Shown: positions 18,798-30,185, counted from the stretch's first letter. The stretch is DNA of 64,000 nucleotides from Desulfosudaceae bacterium (GCA_963674745.2 CAXXDV010000001.1:896001-960000); one strand, 5' to 3'. The notes: generated by a model not told the origin, from the sequence alone. Numbers and translations: made by a program.

Positions 18798-20513
18798 CTA
18801 CTCATCGAGTTTAAAATCGACCCCACCCTCCTTGAGACCGGCTATACCGGCGCCGATACTGAAATTATCGGTTATACCCGCGGCATCCAGGTTAAGCTGC
18901 GCTTCATAGGAGCGGACCCCGGTATTGCAGACCAGGACGATTTTTTTATCTTTCGGCACTTCATCCATGCGGTCACACAGTTGATCATGGGGAATGCTTT
19001 TCCAGATACCGGAAAACTTGTTTTCAAACGGTTGCGCATCGGCCAGCGCCCGGCAATCCACGAAAAACACATCGCCGTTGTCCTTATTTTCCCATGCCTC
19101 ATGGAAAGCGGCAAAATCCAAGGGCCGGTAGCGGCCATCGAGATAATTGGCAGTGGCGTTGCCCAGGGCATTGATGATATCCATGGCTGCGGCAAACGGC
19201 GGAGAATAGGCAATTTCCAGGTTACTGATTTCTTCCACCGGGGGTTTGTACTTGAGTATCGTGGCCACGGCATTTATCCGGCCCACCATTTCGCATCCCT
19301 GGCCGCCGAACCCCTGAATACCGAGGACCTGTCGGGTCTTGCGGTCAACCACCAGCTCCAGGTAAATAATTTCTTTTTCAATATAAAAATGGGCCCGGTC
19401 AAACTGGGCCACCACGACACTGGCGGCATCAAATCCGGCCTGTTTTGCTTTATCCACCGTCAGACCCGCGCCGGCCAGAGAACTATCAAACACCTTGACC
19501 ACGAAACTGCCCACCCCTCCTTCAAAAACGGCGTTTCCACCGACGATGTTGGTGCCCACCACCCGGCCCTGGCGGTTGGCCATGGAACCCAGCGGGAAAT
19601 ACCCGGGCTGACCGGTAATCAGGTTGGGAACGGCAACACAATCACCGCCGGAATAGATATCCGGATCTGATGTTTCCATTTTTTCGTTCACCACGATCAA
19701 CCCCTGGGGGGTTATGTCCAGACCGGCTTCTTTGGCCAGGTCGGTATTGGGGATGACACCGGCCGATACAATGACCAGATCGGCCGCAAGCTCACGCTTG
19801 TCCGTCTTGACACCGGTAACTTTTCCCTCTCCCAGGAATTCAACCACCTTTTCATTTGTGAAAACGGTTACATCATGTTTGTTCAGCCGCTTTTCCACCA
19901 TGGTCGCCAGATGAGAACTGGCGAAACCGGGCATGACCTGGCCGCAAACCTCGACGATAGTTGTTTCGATTTCCCACATGTCGGACAGCGCTTCGGCCAT
20001 TTCCAGGCCGATAAACCCGGCACCGATAATGACCGCTTTTTCCGGGCTGTCATTGGTGACCATCTGCTTGATACCCATGGCATCCCGCAGATTGGCAACG
20101 GTAAAGACATTTTCCAGGTTTTCACCGGGCAGATTCAGCCGCCTCGGACGGGTACCGGTGGCGATGACCAGCTTGTCATAAGCCAGGGTATCGGTGCTGT
20201 TGTCTTTTTTCCGGATATGCACGACTTTGTTTTCCCGGTCGATCCGGGTGACTTCGGTGCCGGTCATGGCGATGACGCCTTTGTCTTTCAGAAAAAAACG
20301 CTCATCCCGAACCATGTGAAAGCTGGTTGAGCGCAATTCGGATTCATCGCTGACATCACCTGAAATGTAAAAAGGAATGCCGCAACCGCCGTAAGAGATA
20401 TATTCGTCCTTGTCAACCAGGTACACTTCCGCGTCCGGGTCGAGTCTTTTGGCCCGGCAGGCCGCCTTGGGGCCCAGTGCCACACCACCGATGATGACTA
20501 TTTTTCGAGACAT
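18798..20513 (-). CDS. CoA-disulfide reductase/NADH oxidase with rhodanese domain
   Basis: GGVALG, SYGGCGIP, GAGFIG, YSPPF, C-terminal LVCNTGVRS. Confidence 0.9.
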   Translation of the reverse strand: MSRKIVIIGGVALGPKAACRAKRLDPDAEVYLVDKDEYISYGGCGIPFYISGDVSDESELRSTSFHMVRDERFFLKDKGVIAMTGTEVTRIDRENKVVHIRKKDNSTDTLAYDKLVIATGTRPRRLNLPGENLENVFTVANLRDAMGIKQMVTNDSPEKAVIIGAGFIGLEMAEALSDMWEIETTIVEVCGQVMPGFASSHLATMVEKRLNKHDVTVFTNEKVVEFLGEGKVTGVKTDKRELAADLVIVSAGVIPNTDLAKEAGLDITPQGLIVVNEKMETSDPDIYSGGDCVAVPNLITGQPGYFPLGSMANRQGRVVGTNIVGGNAVFEGGVGSFVVKVFDSSLAGAGLTVDKAKQAGFDAASVVVAQFDRAHFYIEKEIIYLELVVDRKTRQVLGIQGFGGQGCEMVGRINAVATILKYKPPVEEISNLEIAYSPPFAAAMDIINALGNATANYLDGRYRPLDFAAFHEAWENKDNGDVFFVDCRALADAQPFENKFSGIWKSIPHDQLCDRMDEVPKDKKIVLVCNTGVRSYEAQLNLDAAGITDNFSIGAGIAGLKEGGVDFKLDE

Positions 20514-20655
20514 AATTTTGACCTCCACAATCTTTTTATGTTGATGATCATATATTTAGTTATGAGCATTATCTCAAAAAAAACGACCATACCGCATTCC
20601 CTATCCAGATTCAAGCCCCGGACGGAGGTTTTTATCAACCGCTTGAAACAGAAAG

Positions 20656-21843
20656 CTATTTAACCTGACAGACCAGTCCCTTCAGGTAGGAACCCTCCGG
20701 AAATCCGAGAGCCACAGGATGATCCGCTGCCTGCCCCAAACGGGCGATGATAACGGCTGACCGCCCGGCGTCAAGGGCGGCATCGGCAATGATCTTCTGA
20801 AACAGAGACGGGTCCAATAAGCCGGAACAGGAAAACGTCATCAGAACGCCTCCCGGCCGCAGCAGCCGGAAAGCCAGAAGCGCAATGTCCTTGTATCCGC
20901 GGGCGGCCCTGTTCAAATGCGCCCGGGATTCGACAAACTTGGGCGGATCCAGGACGATCAGGTCAAACTCCCGTTTTCTTTCACTGTACGTCCGCAACTG
21001 TTCAAACACATCCGCCTGAACATTTTCGACGCGGCCCCTGTCAAAACCGTTGATGTCCAGATGCCGATCCAGTATTTCCAAGGCCGGTCCTGATGCTTCC
21101 ACGTTGGTCACATGCCCGGCACCGCCGTGCAGGGCGTAAATCCCGAATCCGCCGGTATAGGCAAAACAGTTCAGCACTTCGGCCCCTTTGGCGTAACGCA
21201 TCAGGTGACGGCGATTCTCCCGTTGATCCAGATAAAAACCGGTTTTATGTCCGTTGACGATATCCGCAAGAAAACGCAATCCGTTCTCTTCAAAAGGCAC
21301 ATGTCCGGGCGGCGGGGCTCCGGAAACGACCCTCTTAACCGGGGCCAGCCCTTCCTTGGCACGAACCGAAGCGTCGGAGCGCTCATATATACCTTGGCAG
21401 GGCACCAGTCGGGCAAGCTCGGCCGCAATCGTCTCTTTCCAGAATTCCGCACCGCACGACAGACACTGCATGACCAGAAAATCCCCGTACCGGTCTACGA
21501 TCAAACCGGGCAGACCGTCGGATTCGGCATAGACCAGCCGCATGGCGGTGGTTGATTGGAATTGCCGCAAAAACGTTCTTCGGGAAATAGCGGCCTTGAG
21601 CCGTGTTCGAAAGAACGCCTCATCAACCGGCCGGTTCGAATCAAACGACCAGACGCGGACCGTAATCTGGGATTCGGGCGAAACAGCGCCCCTGGCCAGA
21701 AACTTGCCTTTGTGGGATAAAACATCAACGGTTTCACCGGGCGCAACCCCTTGGGGACGACGCGCCAGGGCACCGGAAAAAACCCAGGGATGGCATCTTT
21801 TCAGCGATGATTCCCGGCCTTTTTTAAGATAGATGTCAGTCAT
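20656..21843 (-). CDS. rlmI: 23S rRNA m5C1962 methyltransferase
   Basis: HPWVFSG, ESDGLPGL, GHKTGFYLDQREN, LDPPKF. Confidence 0.9.
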   Translation of the reverse strand: MTDIYLKKGRESSLKRCHPWVFSGALARRPQGVAPGETVDVLSHKGKFLARGAVSPESQITVRVWSFDSNRPVDEAFFRTRLKAAISRRTFLRQFQSTTAMRLVYAESDGLPGLIVDRYGDFLVMQCLSCGAEFWKETIAAELARLVPCQGIYERSDASVRAKEGLAPVKRVVSGAPPPGHVPFEENGLRFLADIVNGHKTGFYLDQRENRRHLMRYAKGAEVLNCFAYTGGFGIYALHGGAGHVTNVEASGPALEILDRHLDINGFDRGRVENVQADVFEQLRTYSERKREFDLIVLDPPKFVESRAHLNRAARGYKDIALLAFRLLRPGGVLMTFSCSGLLDPSLFQKIIADAALDAGRSAVIIARLGQAADHPVALGFPEGSYLKGLVCQVK

Positions 21844-21993
21844 TTTTCAAATAATTCCAAAGTCATGTTGAAAAGTATCGAAAAAGCGGCAAAAGAACAA
21901 TCATTTATTATAACCATGTGATATAGTTGCTGAGTCTGAAACGACCGGACCATTTGGAATTAACAGGAGCGGTCACATGAAGGGAAATTTGAT

Positions 21994-23133
21994 ATGACGC
22001 AACCAATTTATCTTGATTATAACGGCACCACCCCGAACGCGCCCGAAGTTGTCGAGGCCATGCGTCTTTACCTGGAAACGGAATTCGGCAACCCCTCCAG
22101 TTCCCACTGGTACGGCATCCGGCCGAAGCAGGCGGTCGAAGCGGCCAGGCGGCAGGTGGCCGGCTTGATCGGCTGCACGGCCGACGAAATTTTTTTTACC
22201 AGCGGCGGGACTGAATCCAACAACCAGGCCATCAAAAGCATTGCCGCCGCCCGGCAAGACCGCGGACGCCATATTATCACCTCGCAGATCGAACATCCGG
22301 CCATCCTGGAAGTCTGCCGGTTTATGGAGGGATGGGGTTTCTCCGTAACCTGCCTGCCCGTGGATGAATTCGGGCGGGTTGATCCGGATGATGTGGCTGC
22401 CGCCGTCAGGCCGGAGACCATTCTGATTTCCATCATGCACGCCAATAATGAAGTCGGCACCATTCAACCGATTAAAGAAATATCCGCCATTGCGTCACAG
22501 GCCGGCATCCTGATGCATACCGACGCGGCCCAGTCCCCGGGCAAGGTTCCCGTTAACGTGGATGATCTGGGTGTGGACCTGCTCTCCATCGCCGGCCATA
22601 AGCTTTACGCGCCCAAAGGCGTCGGCGCGCTCTATATCCGCAAAGGCGTCGAAACCCGGCCCTTTTGCCACGGCGCAGGCCAGGAAAAAGGTGCCCGGGC
22701 GGGCACTGAAAACGTGCCCGGAATTGTCGGACTGGGAAAAGCCTGTGAACTCATTGCCGCCGGCCTGGAGAAAAAGGCGGCCCACATGAAAACAATGCGC
22801 GATCGATTTGAAAATGCCCTGCGATCCGGGTTGACGGGCATCCGATTTAACGGCCATGCCGAATTGCGGCTGCCCAACACGTGCAGTGTTTCGTTTTCCG
22901 GCCTAGAAGCCGACCGGATCCTGGAAGAAATCGGACTTGAAGTCGCCGCCTCGGCCGGGGCCGCCTGTCACTCCGACCATGTGGAAATTTCACCTGTCCT
23001 GGCTGCCATGAACATCCCGGAAGACCGGGCCAAGGGCACGCTGCGGTTTTCCACCGGAAAAATGACAACAACCGAAGATATCGACCGGGCCGCCGAAGTG
23101 ATCATTACGGCCGTCAAAAAATTGCGCTTGTAA
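21994..23133 (+). CDS. Cysteine desulfurase (NifS/IscS family)
   Basis: YLDYNGTT, ANNEVG, GHKLYAPKG, SAGAACHS. Confidence 0.95.
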   Translation: MTQPIYLDYNGTTPNAPEVVEAMRLYLETEFGNPSSSHWYGIRPKQAVEAARRQVAGLIGCTADEIFFTSGGTESNNQAIKSIAAARQDRGRHIITSQIEHPAILEVCRFMEGWGFSVTCLPVDEFGRVDPDDVAAAVRPETILISIMHANNEVGTIQPIKEISAIASQAGILMHTDAAQSPGKVPVNVDDLGVDLLSIAGHKLYAPKGVGALYIRKGVETRPFCHGAGQEKGARAGTENVPGIVGLGKACELIAAGLEKKAAHMKTMRDRFENALRSGLTGIRFNGHAELRLPNTCSVSFSGLEADRILEEIGLEVAASAGAACHSDHVEISPVLAAMNIPEDRAKGTLRFSTGKMTTTEDIDRAAEVIITAVKKLRL

Positions 23134-23168
23134 CCTGTTGCAATCGTATACAACGATAGTAAACGGCC

Positions 23169-25031
23169 ATGACCGACCATCTTTCAAAAATCCGTCCCGT
23201 GTTGAAAACGCTTCCGCCCTTTTTCTTTCTAACGGTTATTGCCATCATTAGTTACGGCAACTCGTTTAACGCGCCGTTCGTCTTTGACGATCTGCCCCAG
23301 ATCATTGAAAACCCCCATATCCGAATAACCGGATATTCATCGGATATTCCAGCACGATTGATGAATTGCCGCAATCCCAACCGGTTTCTGGCCTATGCCA
23401 CCTTTGCCCTGAACTATTATGTTCATCAATACGAGGTGGCCGGGTATCATTTAGTCAACGTGATTATTCATATTATAACGGCTTTTCTCGTCTTTTTAAT
23501 CGCCCGGATGACTTCCCGGCTGTGCGATGAAAAGCCCTCTGTCCTGCTGCCTTTTCTGGCCGCCGCCCTGTGGCTGGTGAGCCCGGTTCATACCCAGTCG
23601 GCAACCTATATCGTTCAGCGCATGAACGCCATGGCAGCCATGTTTACCCTCCTGGCCCTCTGCTGCTTTGTCCGGGCAAGATTAATGCAGAGAAGCGACA
23701 AATCAGGTCTCAAGCCGATCCTGCTTTATGCCGGGGTCGGTTTTTCCGGTCTGTGCGGCCTGGCCGCCAAGGAAACCGGCGCCATCCTGCCAATTGTCCT
23801 CCTGCTTTACGAATGGTATTTCTTCCAGGACCTGAACCGCGCCTGGATAAAAAAGCAGTTGGCATGGATAAATGTCGTGCTGCTATTGCTGATCATCATC
23901 GGCTTCGTGTATATGGGCTGGCACCCCCTGGAACGACTGACGCACATGTATGAAGAACATGATTTCACCATGGGTCAACGCCTGCTGACCGAGCCGCGGG
24001 TGGTCCTGTACTACCTGACCCTGCTTGTTTTCCCGCATCCAAGCCGCCTTACGCTGGACTATAATTTCCCCCTGTCCCTGTCATCGTTTAATCCGGCCAC
24101 GACCCTGCCGGCCATCCTCGGTCTTGTGGCCCTGATTGTCATTGCCGTATATACGGCTCGCAGGCACCGGCTGTTTTCATTTGCCATTATCTGGTTTCTG
24201 GTTACCCTGGTCATTGAATCATCGTTTATCGGGCTGGCCATTATCTTTGAACACCGAACATACCTGCCGTCAGTTTTTGTGGCCATCGGACTGGTCTGGT
24301 TAATGTTTTCCCACCTTCGGCCAAAGATATTCGCCACCTTACTTTTATGTCTTGCCATCGGCATCAGCAGTTTATGGACACATCAAAGAAACAATACCTG
24401 GAACAATCCCATCTCTCTTTGGCAGGACACAATTCAAAAGTCCTTGGGCAAAGCCCTTCACTATAATAATATTGGCGCTATATTTGCTGAACAGGGCATC
24501 AGCGATAAGGCCGTTAACTACTACAAAAAGGCCTTACAGTTAGATCCAAAGTATACACTTGCTTATAACAATCTGGGCGTTGAGCTGTCAAAAACGGGCC
24601 GTCGCCACGAGGCGATTGACGCTTATCGAACAGTGCTGACAATAGACCCCGAGTATGATTCAGCTCACTATAACCTTGGAAACAATTTATTACAGGCCGG
24701 ATTTATCGACGCTGCAATCAGTCATTATGAAGCGGCGGTCAGGCTCAAGCCGGATAATATAAACATGTTGAACAACCTGGGCTCGGCTTATACGATCGCA
24801 AATCGGTTGGAAGACGCCATTAATTGTTATCTCAGAGCACTACGAATCGATCCGGACTCTGACCTGGCGATCAGAAATTTAGCCACTGTACTGGCCAACT
24901 TTAAAGACATCGAAAAAGCTGTTGACCGTTTTTTGCGCCCCGAGTTATCACGCCGGCAGCTGGCCAGGGTCTACAACCGTATCTCGATAATTTGTCTGGA
25001 GAAAAAAGATTTGGCGACAGCAGAAGAATAG
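23169..25031 (+). CDS. Multi-pass membrane + TPR protein (TMTC-like GT-C glycosyltransferase)
   Basis: FVFDD, YHLVN, KE, EHRTYLPS, C-terminal TPRs. Confidence 0.85.
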   Translation: MTDHLSKIRPVLKTLPPFFFLTVIAIISYGNSFNAPFVFDDLPQIIENPHIRITGYSSDIPARLMNCRNPNRFLAYATFALNYYVHQYEVAGYHLVNVIIHIITAFLVFLIARMTSRLCDEKPSVLLPFLAAALWLVSPVHTQSATYIVQRMNAMAAMFTLLALCCFVRARLMQRSDKSGLKPILLYAGVGFSGLCGLAAKETGAILPIVLLLYEWYFFQDLNRAWIKKQLAWINVVLLLLIIIGFVYMGWHPLERLTHMYEEHDFTMGQRLLTEPRVVLYYLTLLVFPHPSRLTLDYNFPLSLSSFNPATTLPAILGLVALIVIAVYTARRHRLFSFAIIWFLVTLVIESSFIGLAIIFEHRTYLPSVFVAIGLVWLMFSHLRPKIFATLLLCLAIGISSLWTHQRNNTWNNPISLWQDTIQKSLGKALHYNNIGAIFAEQGISDKAVNYYKKALQLDPKYTLAYNNLGVELSKTGRRHEAIDAYRTVLTIDPEYDSAHYNLGNNLLQAGFIDAAISHYEAAVRLKPDNINMLNNLGSAYTIANRLEDAINCYLRALRIDPDSDLAIRNLATVLANFKDIEKAVDRFLRPELSRRQLARVYNRISIICLEKKDLATAEE

Positions 25032-25227
25032 TGTCGCCAAGCACTACAATTGGAACAAAAGAGCAAAAAACATTTTAAGAAGCCCATTTTCAAAAAAGCC
25101 ATACTATCGTCCATTCAATCCTCTCTGGGTCGTCAAGTTTTATCAATTGAGGCGGCTGACACTTTACGCTGAAACCGCTTTATATTCACAGTTTGATGAA
25201 GCGTTTAAAATCGTGTACACTCTTTTT

Positions 25228-26022
25228 ATGTGCTTGATTTTTATTGCCATCAACCAGCATCCGGACCATCCGTTGATTATTGCCGGCAACCGGGATGAGT
25301 TCTACCGTCGCCCCACGGAAAAGCTTTCTTTCTGGCAGGATCAACCCGACATCCTGGCCGGCCGTGACATCGCGGCCGGCGGCACCTGGCTGGGGGTTAC
25401 CCGAACCGGCCGCATAGCGGCCATCACCAACTACAGAGATCCGGCACGGATAAACGACAATGCGCCGTCAAGAGGGCTACTGGTTCTTGACTTTCTGGCC
25501 GCGGACACCACGCCCGAACAGTTTGTCCTGGAAAACGAAGATCGCATGACCCGGTGCAACGGGTTTAACCTTGTTTTCGGGGACCTGTCCGCTCTTTATT
25601 ATTATTCCAATCGTGGCAACGCGCTGATTTACCGGATACCGCCGGGTCTCCACGCCGTCAGCAACCACCTTTTAAACACCGCCTGGCCGAAGGTCGAAAA
25701 AGGCAAAGCAGCCCTGGCCGGCCTGCTGGCCGAACCAGGAGACGTCAATAACGAGGCCCTGTTTTCCGTTCTCCAGGACACGGAAAGGGCCCCTGACAAA
25801 TTGCTACCGGACACCGGTGTCGGCCTGGACTGGGAGCGCAGCCTCTCCCCCATGTTTATTATTACCGACGTGTATGGGACCCGCAGCACTTCTTTGATAA
25901 CCGTGGACAACCAGAACAGCGTGACCTTCATGGAACGAACATATACACCGGATGCCTGCGGCCGCCTGGCCGTTTCCACGGAAACCGTTACCTTTCAGCC
26001 AGGGCTGTTTGTGGTGACTTGA
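25228..26022 (+). CDS. NRDE/TANGO2 family protein
   Basis: MCLIF start, NRDEF motif, YGTRS. Confidence 0.93.
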   Translation: MCLIFIAINQHPDHPLIIAGNRDEFYRRPTEKLSFWQDQPDILAGRDIAAGGTWLGVTRTGRIAAITNYRDPARINDNAPSRGLLVLDFLAADTTPEQFVLENEDRMTRCNGFNLVFGDLSALYYYSNRGNALIYRIPPGLHAVSNHLLNTAWPKVEKGKAALAGLLAEPGDVNNEALFSVLQDTERAPDKLLPDTGVGLDWERSLSPMFIITDVYGTRSTSLITVDNQNSVTFMERTYTPDACGRLAVSTETVTFQPGLFVVT

Positions 26023-26039
26023 CGGTATTGCAATAATCA

Positions 26040-27983
26040 ATGACAAAAGCATTTTCAGACACGCCCCCGGGGGTCAAAAATTTTCTGGCGTCAGTCCTGC
26101 TTATAATTATCGTTCTTATCGTCTATGCCAACACCTTCGACGCTCCTTTTGTATTCGACGACCTGCTGAACATAAAAGAAAACGTGGGCATCCGCCTGAC
26201 CCGATTTACACCGGAGTCCCTGGCCAGGGTGCTGGGTTCTGACCGGCCGCTGGCCGGATTGAGTTTTGCCCTCAACTACTATTTCCATGCCGATGATGTC
26301 CGGGGGTATCATCTCCTCAACCTGGTTATCCATATTATCACCGGCCTGCTGATCATGCTTGTGGCCGAACAGACCTTGCGGCGTTGCGAAATGGGAAGCA
26401 CCGCAATCCCTGTTTTCGCTGCCGGATTGTGGCTGGTACACCCCGTGCACACCCAGTCCGTCACATACATTGTTCAGCGAATGAATGCCATGGCAACCAT
26501 GTTTTATATGCTGGCCCTGTTCTGCTACATCCGGGCCCGGGTAAAAACGGCAGACGGCATCAACCCTTTTGAACGGGCCTTGCTTTATGCTTTATGCCTG
26601 GTATCCGCCATTCTCGGGCTGGCCGCCAAGGAAACCGTGGCCACCCTGCCGATCATACTACTGCTGTATGAATGGTTCTTTTTTCAACACATGAACTCGA
26701 CCTGGCTAAAAAAACAACTTCCCTGGATCGGACTGGTGATCCTGACGACAATGGTCCTGATTGTCTTTTTCATGGGTGACAACCCCTTGAACACGATCTA
26801 CGGTATGTATGACAAACTTGATTTTACCCTTAAACAACGTTTATTGACCCAGGCCAGCGTCGTTGTTTATTACGTTTCACTGCTGGTTTTTCCCTTTCCG
26901 TCCCGGCTTACGCTGGTTTATGATTTTCCGTTGTCCCGCACTATGACAGAACCAATGCCTACCGCCCTGGCGATAACGGCCCTGGTTATGCTTTGCGCCG
27001 CTGTCCTTTGCTCAACCCGGAAGCATCCCCTGCCGGCGTTCTGCATCGTCTGGTTTCTGGTCACCCTGAGTGTTGAATCCACGGTCATCGGCCTTGATCT
27101 GATCTTTGAACACCGGACCTATCTGCCTTCCATTTTTCCGTTGATCGGATTCGTCTGGCTGGCGTTTACCCGGATCCCGGCCAAAGCAGCCGCGGTCGCC
27201 ATCATCAGTACCGCCATCATTGCCTGTGGCATCTGGACACATCAGCGAAACAGCACCTGGCAAAGCCCCGTCCGTCTCTGGCAGGACACCGTTAACAAAT
27301 CACCCGGCAAGGCCCTGCCCTATAACAACCTGGCCGTCTGTTTAGCGGAATCCGGCCGTCTTGATGAGGCCGTTTCAAATTATCAGACAGCCCTTGACAT
27401 AAAGCCTGACTATGCCTCTGCGCATTACAACCTGGGAGTGGACTTATACCAGACCGGCCGTCACCCTTCGGCCATCGACCATTTAGAAACCGCCGTGCGG
27501 CTGGAACCGGAAAACGTCCAGGCCTTGAACGCCCTGGGTCTGGCTTATGCCGCAGCCGGGCGCGGGGAAGATGCCGTAAACAGCTACTTCCAAGCGCTTC
27601 ATGTAAGACCGGATTTTATGCCGGCACTGACCAATCTGGGCATCGCACTGGCGGCATCCCTGCGTGCTGGTGAAAGCATCAACACTTTTTCTATATCGGG
27701 GCTCTCCCCCTGGCAGCTGGCCCGGATTTACAACAGCGCGGCCAGCGATTTCATTAAAGCAGGAGACCTGGATTCGGCCGGACTATATTACTATAACGCG
27801 GTTCAACTGGATCCCGCTTATATTGACGGTTTATATAACCTCGGCCTGGTGCTGGCCCGGGAAAAAGCGTTTCAACAAGCAGCAGCCGTGTATGCCCGCA
27901 TACTGGCCATCAGCCCGCACGAAGAAACCGCCCGGAAAAGGCATGCGTATTGCCTGAGCATGATGGCCGGCGGCACGAATTGA
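26040..27983 (+). CDS. Multi-pass membrane + TPR protein (TMTC-like), paralog
   Basis: Same motifs as 23169..25031. Confidence 0.85.
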   Translation: MTKAFSDTPPGVKNFLASVLLIIIVLIVYANTFDAPFVFDDLLNIKENVGIRLTRFTPESLARVLGSDRPLAGLSFALNYYFHADDVRGYHLLNLVIHIITGLLIMLVAEQTLRRCEMGSTAIPVFAAGLWLVHPVHTQSVTYIVQRMNAMATMFYMLALFCYIRARVKTADGINPFERALLYALCLVSAILGLAAKETVATLPIILLLYEWFFFQHMNSTWLKKQLPWIGLVILTTMVLIVFFMGDNPLNTIYGMYDKLDFTLKQRLLTQASVVVYYVSLLVFPFPSRLTLVYDFPLSRTMTEPMPTALAITALVMLCAAVLCSTRKHPLPAFCIVWFLVTLSVESTVIGLDLIFEHRTYLPSIFPLIGFVWLAFTRIPAKAAAVAIISTAIIACGIWTHQRNSTWQSPVRLWQDTVNKSPGKALPYNNLAVCLAESGRLDEAVSNYQTALDIKPDYASAHYNLGVDLYQTGRHPSAIDHLETAVRLEPENVQALNALGLAYAAAGRGEDAVNSYFQALHVRPDFMPALTNLGIALAASLRAGESINTFSISGLSPWQLARIYNSAASDFIKAGDLDSAGLYYYNAVQLDPAYIDGLYNLGLVLAREKAFQQAAAVYARILAISPHEETARKRHAYCLSMMAGGTN

Positions 27984-28007
27984 TGACGTCTTTCCGCCCC
28001 GGTAAAT

Positions 28008-30185
28008 TCAGACAATATCGGGATTCAGCCTGGCCGCCAGCAGCGATAAGCGGCGCCGGGGATTGTTTTTCCCCATGGCGACCCGGACGGCCTTGGACGT
28101 GCCGATCAGTATGACCAGCCGCCGGGCCCGGGTTAAGGCGGTATAAAGCAGGTTTCTTTCCAGCAGCGTGTAGTGCTGGGTCACCAGGGGCACAATCACC
28201 ACCGGGTATTCCGATCCCTGGGACTTATGAACCGTTATGGCGTAAGCCAGGGCCAGTTCATCGGTTTCCGAAAAATCATAATCCACGATCCGGCCGTCGT
28301 ATTCTACGGAGAGTGTTTGCCGGATTGCCTCCACCTCGGTAATGGTCCCGATATCGCCGTTGAAGACCTCTTTGCGGTAGTTGTTCTTCAGATGGATGAC
28401 CTTGTCACCGGCTTTAAAGCTGCCGTTCCCGGCGGCGCTGACCGCCGGTGCCGGGTTCAACGCCGCCTGAAGCTTCTGGTTCAGGTTAATGGTGCCGACC
28501 GCGCCTTTGTGCATGGGCGTCAACACCTGAATACCGGTCAACGGGTTAAACCCGAACCGCTGGGGCAACGTTTCTCCACACAGGCGGACAATCCGATCGG
28601 CAATGGCCTCGGGATCGCTTTCCTCAATAAACCAGAAATCATCTTCATCGTTCAGCAATCGCGCCGTTTCCAGGTCAGGGTGTTCTCCCTCGCGAATACG
28701 GTGAGCGTTGGTAACGATGGCGCTCTTCTGTGCCTGGCGGAATATTTCCGTCAGGCTGAATACCGGCACCATTTCTGACTGGATCAGGTCGCGCAGCACA
28801 TTACCCGGCCCCACCGACGGCAATTGGAATACGTCGCCCACCAGCACCAGCACGGCCGAGATCGGGGTGGCCGACAAAAGGTGGTAAAAAAGCTGGATAT
28901 CGACCATTGATGCCTCGTCAATAATGACGGCATCCGCTTTTAAAGGATTGTCCCTGTTTTTCATAAAGGAATCATCTTCAAAACCGTACCCCAGCAGTTT
29001 ATGAATGGTGGCCGCTTCATGATGCGTCACTTCGGCCAGACGTTTGGCCGCCCGGCCGGTAGGCGCGGCCAGAATAACGGATTGATTGCTTCCCTCAAGC
29101 ACCGCGGTAACGGCCCGGATCAGGGTGGTTTTACCGGTTCCCGGCCCGCCGGTGATAATCACCACCCGGTGACGAAAGACATTTTCAAGAACGCTCAACT
29201 GTTCGGCAGAGGGCTTGATGGCCAGCTGGTTGACCACCTTTTCGATGAGCGCTTCCGGCGCGCCGACGTCCATGTTCAAAGGAGAATTGACCAGTGCCAG
29301 CAGTCGCGCGGCGGTCATGGTCTCGGCCTGGTGCAGACCGGCAGGAAAGACAATATTAATGTCCGGGTCAGGACCCGGCATGGCTTCAATAACCGCCTCT
29401 CTGTTTTCGGCCAGTTCGGCCAGCGCGGTTTCAGCCAGATCAATATCGATCTGAAAAACCGCCTCGCACTGCCGTAACAGGTACTGCTCAAAAACAAATA
29501 CATGCCCGGCCGACGTCTGCTGCTCCAGCAGATGGGCCAGACAGGCCCGCACCCTCCGGGGATCGTCAGGCGTGGCGCCGGAACCCAGGGCAATGGCATC
29601 GGCGATCACAAAACCGCTGCCCGGCAGGTCTTCGGCCAGCTGAAAGGGATCGGTTTGCAAAACGGCCAGCGACTCGGGGCCGTATTGCCTGAAAATACGG
29701 GCGCTGTGAGTGGCATCCACCCCCTTTTCCACCAGAAAATCCATCAATTCTTTAAGGGCGTGGTGCTCCATCCAGGCCGCCCGGATCATGTCGGCCCTGT
29801 TTTGACCGATGCCGGGCACTTCCGTCAACCGCTCCGGCTCTTTTTCGATGACTTTCAGGCTGTCCGCGCCGAAAAAACGGGTGATTTTATCGGCCATGGC
29901 CGGCCCCAGCCCCCGGATCAGTCCGGATTTCAAGTAGCGATTAATGCCGTCGGTGGTCGACGGCAGCACGATTTCATAAATTGATATTTTAAACTGCTGG
30001 CCGTATCGGGGATGGGTGGTCCAGTCACCGGTGACACGCACGGCCTGACCGGGCGCGGCCCCCGGCATGATACCCACCATGGTGATTAAATTGTTGTGAC
30101 CGGCAAGCCTCAGGTTGGCGACTGAATAATACGTGGTCTTGTCCCGGAAGCGGATTCTTTCCAGGCTGCCTTCGATGGTAATCAT
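28008..30185 (-). CDS. recD2: ATP-dependent RecD-like helicase
   Basis: N-terminal HhH, GGPGTGKT, DEASM, TVHKSQGSEY. Confidence 0.93.
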   Translation of the reverse strand: MITIEGSLERIRFRDKTTYYSVANLRLAGHNNLITMVGIMPGAAPGQAVRVTGDWTTHPRYGQQFKISIYEIVLPSTTDGINRYLKSGLIRGLGPAMADKITRFFGADSLKVIEKEPERLTEVPGIGQNRADMIRAAWMEHHALKELMDFLVEKGVDATHSARIFRQYGPESLAVLQTDPFQLAEDLPGSGFVIADAIALGSGATPDDPRRVRACLAHLLEQQTSAGHVFVFEQYLLRQCEAVFQIDIDLAETALAELAENREAVIEAMPGPDPDINIVFPAGLHQAETMTAARLLALVNSPLNMDVGAPEALIEKVVNQLAIKPSAEQLSVLENVFRHRVVIITGGPGTGKTTLIRAVTAVLEGSNQSVILAAPTGRAAKRLAEVTHHEAATIHKLLGYGFEDDSFMKNRDNPLKADAVIIDEASMVDIQLFYHLLSATPISAVLVLVGDVFQLPSVGPGNVLRDLIQSEMVPVFSLTEIFRQAQKSAIVTNAHRIREGEHPDLETARLLNDEDDFWFIEESDPEAIADRIVRLCGETLPQRFGFNPLTGIQVLTPMHKGAVGTINLNQKLQAALNPAPAVSAAGNGSFKAGDKVIHLKNNYRKEVFNGDIGTITEVEAIRQTLSVEYDGRIVDYDFSETDELALAYAITVHKSQGSEYPVVIVPLVTQHYTLLERNLLYTALTRARRLVILIGTSKAVRVAMGKNNPRRRLSLLAARLNPDIV

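Noticed and set aside
18309..19670. 453-aa plus-strand ORF
   Set aside because: Antisense to two well-supported genes and crosses a REP
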